From positions 1 through 28,487 of IMG/VR virus record IMGVR_UViG_3300043442_000575: a stretch of 28,487 bases of DNA; one strand, given 5' to 3'. Source of the stretch: a virus. Taxonomy: Duplodnaviria > Caudoviricetes. The position numbers were made by a program, and so were the translations under genes. Positions 1 to 7,103 of the stretch are shown here, piece by piece. The notes below the pieces were generated by a model that was not told where the DNA came from, did not search any database, and saw nothing but the letters and a program-made list of their open reading frames with translations. How positions within the stretch are numbered: position 1 is the first letter of the stretch; every line of letters begins with the position of its first letter.

Positions 1-240
1 TCGCCTTATGAAGCCCTCTCCCGGCCCCCCCGGCCCCGAGACTGACAACCTATGCCTATCGAGGCTCAGGTCTTCGATAGGTTCGCCTTATGATGCCCTT
101 CCACCCTCCGGGCGGGGGGGGCTGTATGGGGTGTAACCGCGGGAACTCCGTGCCCGTCGTCGTTCTGGGCCGGTTACGGGGGTTACACACTTCTCGCGCT
201 TAGGGCGGGGGTGTCCATATATACTCCGCCGTCCGCCCTG
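1..240 (+). repeat. Left copy of ~240-bp direct terminal repeat (physical DTR or circular-assembly overlap)
   Basis: Base-by-base match to 28247-28487 except that the G run at 114-121 (G8) is G9 in the right copy; implies a complete genome unit of 28,246 bp. Confidence 0.95.
28..110 (+). repeat. 83-bp direct repeat copy 1, containing palindrome CCTATCGA-N11-TCGATAGG (55-81)
   Basis: Identical to 385-467; a variant palindrome with the same downstream context lies at 28219-28263. Confidence 0.93.
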
Positions 241-354
241 CCTCTCCACCTCGAATATAAATACCCCCCCGTAAGTCTTGAAGAAGTAGTAACCACTGTA
301 CCCGGCCGTAAGAGCTGCTCCAACCTACATTATCCAGGTAACGGCAGGGTTACC
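131..354. promoter_or_regulatory. Putative replication origin / iteron-like region
   Basis: No convincing gene; GTAAC/GTTAC at 133, 173, 182, 289, 338, 349, inverted pairs GTGTAACC..GGTTACAC (131-188) and GGTAAC..GTTACC (337-354), AT-rich patches (217-223, 254-263); lies upstream of the Prim-Pol gene on the circle. Function is inferred. Confidence 0.45.
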
Positions 355-384
355 CCCCCCGCAACCAACAGCCCGAACAACGAG

Positions 385-467
385 CCCCGGCCCCGAGACT
401 GACAACCTATGCCTATCGAGGCTCAGGTCTTCGATAGGTTCGCCTTATGATGCCCTTCCACCCTCCG
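385..467 (+). repeat. 83-bp direct repeat copy 2, containing palindrome 412-438
   Basis: Identical to 28-110; overlaps the 3' end of the - strand HTH gene. Confidence 0.93.
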
Positions 468-1152
468 AGCGCCGGGGGCGGGTGCTCAGGAGGGAGGGCC
501 GGTCGCGAATGGCGAGGACCACCGGCCCCGACCGACCGAGGCGGCCCCACGCGGTCGACTGCCGGACCCCCACCGCCCGTGCGGCCTCCGCCGAGTTCCA
601 TGTGTCGAGGTAGGCCGTCACGAGGTCGGGCCATGGACTCTCCCCCACCACTCGGGCCCGGTCCCACTTGCCCCCCGAGATGCGAGCGAAGTTTGCCACC
701 ACCGCGAGGTGCTCCTCGGCGCCGTCGAGCATGGCGACCCACCGGGGCTGTACGACCCCGAGCACGCGAGCGCACCACACCCCGTCTCCCGACCGACCAC
801 CCCGTCCGGCCCACTCGTCCGGCCTGCCCCCGTAGGCGAGGGTCAGTACCTCGCGGTCCTGCCGGGGCAGGAGGGTCACGGTTCGCCAGAAGACAGCATA
901 CCAGTCCTCGTCCACACGCCCTCTCGCCCTGCCCCTGGCTGCCTCACCAGGGAGTCCGAGGTAGGTGGGAGGGTCAAGGGTCAGGGGCCAAGCCGGGGCC
1001 GCCCGTAGGCCCACCACGGCCCAACCAAGGGGGTCTGCGCCCCCCCGGCCGAACCCCAACCGGCACCGGTCGGACTTCTCCTCCTGAGCGACTTCGCACC
1101 AATAAGCTTCGGTGTCCTCGGCGGTCCACACCATGCCCGTCTCTTGCTCCAT
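445..1152 (-). CDS. Sigma70 region-4-like / double helix-turn-helix transcriptional regulator (~235 aa; start could be 1134 or 1197)
   Basis: LLPRQDREVLTLAYG...CARVLGV resembles sigma r4; second HTH NSAEAARAVGVRQSTAWGRL; divergent from the late operon. Confidence 0.6.
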   Translation of the reverse strand: MEQETGMVWTAEDTEAYWCEVAQEEKSDRCRLGFGRGGADPLGWAVVGLRAAPAWPLTLDPPTYLGLPGEAARGRARGRVDEDWYAVFWRTVTLLPRQDREVLTLAYGGRPDEWAGRGGRSGDGVWCARVLGVVQPRWVAMLDGAEEHLAVVANFARISGGKWDRARVVGESPWPDLVTAYLDTWNSAEAARAVGVRQSTAWGRLGRSGPVVLAIRDRPSLLSTRPRRSEGGRAS

Positions 1153-1156
1153 GGGG

Positions 1157-1251
1157 CTACTACCCGATGGGTTGGGTAGTAGGAGCGCCAAGTACAAATC
1201 TCGTAAATCTCGTACTCGGCGCCGTGCCGTGCGCTATAATGACCCCCGAGG
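1157..1251 (+). promoter_or_regulatory. Divergent control region: perfect -10 TATAAT (1235-1240), tandem AAATCTCGT repeats (1196-1213), hairpin 1157-1182, RBS GAGG (1248-1251)
   Basis: Motifs seen directly; no canonical -35, consistent with an activator-dependent late promoter. Confidence 0.55.
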
Positions 1252-1260
1252 TAGTGCAAG

Positions 1261-1764
1261 ATGAAGTGCCCCGCCTGTGGTGGCCCGACAACCGCAGTTC
1301 AAACAATTCCGGCCGAGCGCCGGAACGACAACCGGGTGTATCGGGTCCGTCGGTGCAAGGACATACTGTGCTCGACGCCATGCACCACGTTGGAGATATT
1401 CCATCACGACCTGAAGAAGGCCGATCAAGACCTGAAGGAGGCAGAGCAAGCCAGCCGCAGGCCCCGCCCTCAACCGGCCATCCCTATCGCCGCCCCGCCC
1501 CCGGCCATGTACGACCTCGAAGGCAACCTTGAGCGTGGCCTCGCCCCCGCCGTGGAGTATGTCATCGACGCTGTTCAGCCCGGCACTCACCCTGACAAGG
1601 TCAAGCTCGACGCCGCCAAGTGGCTCATTGAGGACCGCCGTCGGTGGCGTATTGCGACCGCCGAGCAGGCTGCTCGTGGAGGGACCGAAGTCCCAGCCGA
1701 CCCCGCCCTCGCGCAGCTCACGAACATCCTGCGGCTGGTACCCGACCCCGAGGCGGTGGCGTGA
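1261..1764 (+). CDS. Putative terminase small subunit with N-terminal NrdR-like Zn ribbon (167 aa)
   Basis: MKCPACG...RVRRCKDILC...TTLE matches the NrdR N-terminal Zn-ribbon pattern; C-terminal KVKLDAAKWLIE is TerS-like; stop overlaps the TerL start (GTGA). Confidence 0.6.
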   Translation: MKCPACGGPTTAVQTIPAERRNDNRVYRVRRCKDILCSTPCTTLEIFHHDLKKADQDLKEAEQASRRPRPQPAIPIAAPPPAMYDLEGNLERGLAPAVEYVIDAVQPGTHPDKVKLDAAKWLIEDRRRWRIATAEQAARGGTEVPADPALAQLTNILRLVPDPEAVA

Positions 1765-3317
1765 GAAGCCCTGTTTGGACCCCGCCGGGCCTGCCCAAGA
1801 CCATGTTGGCGCCGGTGCAGCGTCTCATTGGGGACCGGGGGCTGTTCTGTCAGCTCTTGCCCGTTACGCACAAGGGCACAAGCAAGCACACCAAGTTCTC
1901 GCCCCTGCCCGCGCAGAAGCTCGTGTGGGACGCCCTGGACCGGTCGAACCGCGTCATTGTGCTCAAGGCCCGGCAGATGGGAGTGTCCACGGCGGTTAGG
2001 GCGTGGCAGTTCCATCGGGTTTTTCAGAGCTTGGACCCGGTCAAGTTCGCCGTGTTGAGCTTCCACCAGCGCTCTGCCACCAACTTGCGGCGCCTGGACC
2101 GTGAGTGGCTCAAGGCCCTCCCCGATGCGTTCCGCCGTGAGCTGCGAGAAGACAGCGCGGCGGACACAATCTTCGACGACACCGGAGCCGGGCTGTCTGC
2201 GTTCACGACCGGCGGACGGGGCGGCACCCGAAGCTTCTCGTTCACCGGTGCCCACCTCTCCGAGTTCGCGTTCTATCAGAACCCCGACGAAGTGCTGGCG
2301 CAGGTCCTCGCGACCGTCGGTGACGGCCCCGTGGTGATTGAGAGCACCGTGAACGTGCCCGGCGATGCGTTCCACCGGCTCATTGAAGGCAGCCCCGAGA
2401 ACGGCTGGGAGCTGCTGTTCCTGCCTTGGTTCACGCATCAGGAGTACAGGCACAGCACTCCACCGGACTTCAAGCGCACCTCCGAGGAGGAGCAGCTTAC
2501 GAGTCTCTATGGGCTCGACGACCAGCAGCTCATGTGGCGCAGGACCCAGGTCCTGACCCTCGGCCCGCACAAGTTCGCCCGCGAGTTCCCCGCCTGTATC
2601 GACGACTGTTTTGTCGGACGGGAGGGAGGTTGGTTCGAGGAAGAGCTGCTGCGCAACATACATGTGGTGGAGCACCAGCTTCACGGCCACACGACCGGTC
2701 GCGAAATCGAGCGCCCCCAACCTAACGATAAGTACGTCATGGGCGTTGATGTCGGCGGGGGTGTCGGCGGGGACTACTCGGCTCTCGCAGTGGTGTCAGC
2801 GACTACGATGCAGCCGGTCTACGCCGAGCGAAACAACAAGCTCACCCCGCAAGCCTGGGCCCACCGGGTCGTGCAAGTGGCGGCCCGGTACAACAACGCG
2901 CTGGTCCTGACCGAGAGCAACAATCACGGGCACGCGCTCTTGCTTGAGCTTCAGAACTGCCACTACACGAACCTATGGCACTCCCCACAAGGCAAGCCGT
3001 GGGTCACCACCTTGCAGAGCAAGCTCGACGCCCTGAATACACTTCGGGAGAGCTTGCAGGTCGTTAGGGTCATGGACCGCGTGACTTGGCTTGAGCTGCG
3101 GGCGCTCACCGTCCCGGCCGGCAAGGTCGCCCCCGAGGCCCCCCTTGGAGGCTACGACGACAGTGCGATGGCCCTCGCATTGGCATATAGGTGTATGCGC
3201 GACGTGCCCCCCTCCTATCGCCACCAGCTTGGTGGTTCAGGTGGTAAAACAAGGGTCGACGATATGCTTGCGGCAAGCCGTGCGCGGCGTATTCGCAGCG
3301 CCGCCCTCCCCTTCTAA
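1761..3317 (+). CDS. terL: Terminase large subunit (518 aa, GTG start)
   Basis: Walker A LKARQMGVST, Walker B HLSEFAF, coupling motif IEST, RNase H-like nuclease GVDVGGG..DYS and YDDSAMA. Confidence 0.93.
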   Translation: MRSPVWTPPGLPKTMLAPVQRLIGDRGLFCQLLPVTHKGTSKHTKFSPLPAQKLVWDALDRSNRVIVLKARQMGVSTAVRAWQFHRVFQSLDPVKFAVLSFHQRSATNLRRLDREWLKALPDAFRRELREDSAADTIFDDTGAGLSAFTTGGRGGTRSFSFTGAHLSEFAFYQNPDEVLAQVLATVGDGPVVIESTVNVPGDAFHRLIEGSPENGWELLFLPWFTHQEYRHSTPPDFKRTSEEEQLTSLYGLDDQQLMWRRTQVLTLGPHKFAREFPACIDDCFVGREGGWFEEELLRNIHVVEHQLHGHTTGREIERPQPNDKYVMGVDVGGGVGGDYSALAVVSATTMQPVYAERNNKLTPQAWAHRVVQVAARYNNALVLTESNNHGHALLLELQNCHYTNLWHSPQGKPWVTTLQSKLDALNTLRESLQVVRVMDRVTWLELRALTVPAGKVAPEAPLGGYDDSAMALALAYRCMRDVPPSYRHQLGGSGGKTRVDDMLAASRARRIRSAALPF

Positions 3318-3354
3318 GCCCCCCCCTTCTAAGTTCAGGGAGACTCCCGAGCCC

Positions 3355-5061
3355 ATGCTGACTCCACAACATGTCGCCGAAATTGTCGCCGGCCATGACC
3401 GCTACTTCAGCGACCGACGCGAGGAGCTGCGTGAGGCCCGCCGGCTCTACATGACCGACTTCTGGTCCCGTGAGCAAGGGGAGAGCCAAGCCGGTGGGCT
3501 TCGCACTGAGGTGCCCAAGGCATATGCCGTCGTCGAGAGCTACCTCGGCAGTCTCTATGCCAAGAACCCCGCCGTGTTTGTGCAGCCTGATGTGCGCGCA
3601 CGGGGCAATGCAGAAGTGGCCGAGGCCACCGCCAACCTGTACTTGCTGAGCGTGCGCGAGCAGCTTGAGGACGCAACCCGCCTCGCATTGATCTACCCGT
3701 GCTCGTTCATCAAGCTGAGTCCGGTCCCGAGCGTGGACCCACTCAAGCGCGTGGCAGCGGCAGCGCTGCCCCCGTGGGAGGTCATTGTTGACGCCACGGC
3801 CTGCGCTTGGGAGCAACAGCGCTACGTAGGGCATGTCTACTTGATGCCCCTTCCAGAGGCGACCGAGCGCTACGGCAAGGCCGAGACGGACTTCACCCCG
3901 CGCAGTTACTCCAAGTGGCTCGACTCTACATGGTCGGCGAGCACCCGCGGGTGGGGCTCGGGGCCCACGGGGGGCAACACCAACACTGTGCCGGGAGTCG
4001 AGAAGTTCATCAGGGTGGTTGAAATCTACGACCTCCTCGCCGATAAGCTGCTTGTGTGGTCCGAGGACTACTCGGGCGGGCAGCAGTTCCTCTTCACGGG
4101 CGTCAAGGTTCAGGTCGGCGCCCTCCAGCCCACCCCCGAAGAGAAGGAAGAGCCCGAGCTTCAACACGAAACCAGTGGCATCCCCTACAAGAGCGCATCG
4201 GGCAGGCCCGTCGTGCCTATCCTCCCGCTCTACTTCTCTCGTGACCCCGACACCCCGCTCCGTGGATACAGCCTCATTAGCCGGAGCCGGGATCAGTTCA
4301 GAGAACTCAACCTCATGCGCTCCTACCAAGCGCAGGGCGTCCGCCGTATGGCTCGGCAGTGGATGGTCCGGGCGGGCTTCTTGAGCGAGGACGCTGCGGC
4401 CAAAATCACGCAGGGCATCGACGGCGAGATGATTGAGGTCGATGTTGCACCGGGCACCCCGCTCGATGGCAACATCACCCCCGTCCCGCAGGCGCCCATT
4501 CCCGGTGACATTGCAGCCTATGCTCTGACCGTGGACAACGACCTCAAGGACGCGGGCCTGCTTGCCCCCTTCACCCGTGGAGAAGTCACCAAGAGCACCG
4601 CCACCGAGCAACAGCTCCTTGCGGCCTACACGTCGAGCGAAATCGGGCGCATGGCCCGTATCCGAGACGGTGTCATCACCGGGGTCGCCAGCACCTACAA
4701 CATCATGTTGAGCGTGGTCTTGGGTGACGAGGCCGAGCCCTTGGCCCTGCCAAACCCGGTCGGCCCGACATTCCTCTCGGCGGAGGACCTGACCGGGGAC
4801 TTCTCGTATTGGGCAGTGGATGCGGGCACCACGCCGATGAGCGACCTTGCCCGGCAAGCGTCGCTTGAGAGGCTCGCCCCCCTGCTGCTTAGTCTCGGGG
4901 CTCCCAAGGAGGCCGTCTTGGCCGAGCTTGTGAGGGCCTACCAGTTGCCCGAAGCCTTCGCGAAGGCGGTCGAGCAAGCACAAGCACCCGCGAGCGGGCA
5001 AGAGCAACCCCCCTCTTCCTCCCCCCTGCCTTCAAGTATGCTTCCCATCACCGGAGTTTGA
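3355..5061 (+). CDS. Portal protein (568 aa)
   Basis: Follows TerL, RBS GGGAG before ATG 3355; size and motifs (PWEVIVD, TATE in the clip/wing region) typical of P22/T7-type portals. Confidence 0.85.
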   Translation: MLTPQHVAEIVAGHDRYFSDRREELREARRLYMTDFWSREQGESQAGGLRTEVPKAYAVVESYLGSLYAKNPAVFVQPDVRARGNAEVAEATANLYLLSVREQLEDATRLALIYPCSFIKLSPVPSVDPLKRVAAAALPPWEVIVDATACAWEQQRYVGHVYLMPLPEATERYGKAETDFTPRSYSKWLDSTWSASTRGWGSGPTGGNTNTVPGVEKFIRVVEIYDLLADKLLVWSEDYSGGQQFLFTGVKVQVGALQPTPEEKEEPELQHETSGIPYKSASGRPVVPILPLYFSRDPDTPLRGYSLISRSRDQFRELNLMRSYQAQGVRRMARQWMVRAGFLSEDAAAKITQGIDGEMIEVDVAPGTPLDGNITPVPQAPIPGDIAAYALTVDNDLKDAGLLAPFTRGEVTKSTATEQQLLAAYTSSEIGRMARIRDGVITGVASTYNIMLSVVLGDEAEPLALPNPVGPTFLSAEDLTGDFSYWAVDAGTTPMSDLARQASLERLAPLLLSLGAPKEAVLAELVRAYQLPEAFAKAVEQAQAPASGQEQPPSSSPLPSSMLPITGV

Positions 5062-5063
5062 CC

Positions 5064-5579
5064 ATGCCCCTCACCATGCCTGACATGCCTGACATGCCCC
5101 AAGACCTTCGGGACGCTGCCGACGCCTCTGACGCTGAGGTCGAGGCCACCCTTGCGGGGCTTATCCCGCCCCCGGAGAAGCCCTACAACCCCAAGGTCGT
5201 GACCGCACTCGCCAACGCCGTTTCGGCCGTCGCGAAGGTCATGGGGGTCCGCCTGACTCCCGAGTCCTACACCGGGCCGGTCGAGGAGCTTGACCCGACC
5301 CTCGTGCGCTTCCTCGCCATGGCGGACGCCGCCGCCAAGGACTACGGCTCCCCTCTTCCGGTCGCCCTTGAGAACGTGAAGGGCGACCGTGAGTTGATTG
5401 TTTTGACGGTCTACCTTGACCGCCTCGCCAAGGACGCCGACTTCAAGGCGTTCCTGAACATGCCCATCCCCGAGGAGGAGGGCGAGGAGACCGAGGTCAA
5501 GGTCAAGCCCGGCAACCGCATGTCCGAAGCCAGCGAGGGCGGGAAGGAAGACTTCGACTTCGCCTCCCGCATGCGGTGA
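5064..5579 (+). CDS. Acidic hypothetical protein in head module (171 aa)
   Basis: RBS GGAG, GC3-rich codon usage, tight operon packing; N-terminal MPD repeats. Confidence 0.75.
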   Translation: MPLTMPDMPDMPQDLRDAADASDAEVEATLAGLIPPPEKPYNPKVVTALANAVSAVAKVMGVRLTPESYTGPVEELDPTLVRFLAMADAAAKDYGSPLPVALENVKGDRELIVLTVYLDRLAKDADFKAFLNMPIPEEEGEETEVKVKPGNRMSEASEGGKEDFDFASRMR

Positions 5580-5583
5580 CACA

Positions 5584-6066
5584 ATGGCACTCTTCGGCGC
5601 CCTCACAAGCGTAGCCAACAAGCTTAAGCAAGCCTTCGGGGTCTCCAAGCCGGCGACGGTCATCCCCAAGGCTCGCGGGCAGTTCTATCGCACCTATGCG
5701 GGGGGCAACGAAGCCAACCTGACGGACGCCATTCAGCGCCGTCAGCCCGTGACGTTCTACTACGACGATAAGTGGCAAGAGGACGGTGTGCCCGGCAAGG
5801 CGGGGCAGCGCATCGGTAACCCTCATGCCATTTGGGTCGGCAGCAACGGCACCAAGTACCTCCACCTGTATGTGGACCCACAGTCAGCGTCGGCGACAGG
5901 AAGCCTGCCTGGCTGGCGCACGTTCATCCTGAGCAGGATACAGAACGTGTCGGTGCTTGAGCTTGGGTCCAGCTTCTTCGGACGCAAGGTCGAGTTTGTG
6001 CAGGCACCGGGCTTCAACCGAGCGTGGTACTCGCGTGTAGGCACGCCCGTAGTCCTCCTCAAGTAA
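5584..6066 (+). CDS. Stand-alone WYL-domain protein (160 aa)
   Basis: AIQRRQPVTFYY...RIGNPHAI...YLHLY...WRTFILSRIQNV follows the WYL consensus (AI..R..V.F.Y / R.V.P / YL / RTFRLDRI); no HTH. Confidence 0.72.
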   Translation: MALFGALTSVANKLKQAFGVSKPATVIPKARGQFYRTYAGGNEANLTDAIQRRQPVTFYYDDKWQEDGVPGKAGQRIGNPHAIWVGSNGTKYLHLYVDPQSASATGSLPGWRTFILSRIQNVSVLELGSSFFGRKVEFVQAPGFNRAWYSRVGTPVVLLK

Positions 6067-6098
6067 ACCCCCTCAAGTAAACCCCCTCAAGTAAACCC
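6057..6098 (+). repeat. Tandem repeat 3 x 14 bp CCTCAAGTAAACCC
   Basis: Three exact units spanning the WYL stop codon up to the scaffold RBS. Confidence 0.92.
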
Positions 6099-6111
6099 CG
6101 AGGTAACCACC

Positions 6112-6924
6112 ATGGCCGAGCCCAATAGCACCGCTCCCTCCCCGTCCAATTCTGCACCGTCGGTCCCGTCCGTCGCACAGGCGGCCCTCGACGAGTACAA
6201 CAGCCGCAACGCGGCAGCCGCCCCCGGCGCCCATGCAGAAGGCGGAGAGGAGGGGGCAGAAGCCCACGCAGGCGAGGGCGAGGGTGAGCCCCGGGTGCGC
6301 AAGCTCTCCTGGAACGACGCGCTCAAGCAGGTCCCCCCGGATGTCCGCGAGCTGATGAAGTCGATGCAGCGGGACTACACCCAGAAGACGCAGGAGCTGA
6401 GCACGCAGCGCAAGGAGTTTCTCCGCGAGCGGGAAGCCCTGCTCAAGGGTCAGCAAGCTCTGCCCAAGGAGCAGCCCGCCCTGCCCGAGTACGACCCCTT
6501 CAACGAGGCGTCTATCAACGCTCGCATTGAAGCCGAGGTCAACAAGCGGCTCAACATGGTCCTTGAGCCCATGAAGCGTGAATACGAGGTTATGGCGGCC
6601 GAGGAGAGCTACCAGAGCTTCCTGTCGAAGAACCCCGACTTCAAGACCGATAAGGCACTCCGGGCCGAGGTGCAGGCCCTGCTCGAAGCATCCCCCTCAC
6701 TCGACCTTGAGACGGCCTACTACGCCGCCAAGGGCAAGCGCGGCCCTCTCGTGCAGCAGGCCGAGAGGGCCGCTGCACAGGCTCGACGCACTGCCGACCG
6801 TGAGGCCGCTACCCGTGGGACCGCCCTCCCTCGCAAGGGGTCCGGGCTGCCCGTGGCAGGTGACGTCAAGCGCATGTCGAACGCAGACATTCTCGCCATG
6901 GCCCGGGCTCTACAGCGCCGTTGA
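6112..6924 (+). CDS. Capsid scaffolding protein (270 aa)
   Basis: Directly upstream of MCP; disordered acidic N-terminus, MQRDYTQKTQEL coiled-coil motif, LETAY motif. Confidence 0.8.
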   Translation: MAEPNSTAPSPSNSAPSVPSVAQAALDEYNSRNAAAAPGAHAEGGEEGAEAHAGEGEGEPRVRKLSWNDALKQVPPDVRELMKSMQRDYTQKTQELSTQRKEFLREREALLKGQQALPKEQPALPEYDPFNEASINARIEAEVNKRLNMVLEPMKREYEVMAAEESYQSFLSKNPDFKTDKALRAEVQALLEASPSLDLETAYYAAKGKRGPLVQQAERAAAQARRTADREAATRGTALPRKGSGLPVAGDVKRMSNADILAMARALQRR

Positions 6925-6929
6925 GAACC

Positions 6930-6976
6930 CCCGTGCCATGGCACGGGTTGGCAAAACGTCACATCCTTGCTATTAT
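6930..6976 (+). promoter_or_regulatory. Sigma70-type promoter for capsid genes: -35 TTGGCA (6948-6953), 17-bp spacer, extended -10 TGcTATTAT (6968-6976), preceded by perfect 18-bp palindrome (6930-6947)
   Basis: Near-consensus boxes with ideal spacing in the scaffold-MCP intergenic region; CCCGTGCCATGGCACGGG abuts the -35. Confidence 0.7.
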
Positions 6977-7103
6977 GTCTCAGCTTCGGGACAATATGCC
7001 ACCCCCCACGGTCACCACGGGGCGCTGTTGTTCCTGAGAGCGTGGAACCCGGACTTCCGGACACTCCCTTGACCCCCCCTCAAGAAGCGTCAGAGGTTCG
7101 ACT

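Noticed and set aside
80-107. dif-like XerCD site (GGTTCGCCTTA...)
   Set aside because: Only loose resemblance to a XerC arm; no TTATGTTAAAT-like XerD arm at the right spacing
28-467. Mini CRISPR array formed by the palindromic repeats
   Set aside because: Spacing is irregular (82 and 357 bp), the intervening DNA is itself partly duplicated rather than unique spacers, and there are no cas genes
211-1532. + strand ORFs 211-402 and 447-1532
   Set aside because: Pro/Arg-rich low-complexity translations overlapping repeats and better-supported genes; typical shadow ORFs of GC-rich DNA
3106-5007. Long antisense ORFs (also 7080-8087, 13809-15554, 15403-17397, 26810-27964)
   Set aside because: Mirror-frame ORFs opposite genes with high GC3; no recognisable motifs or RBS
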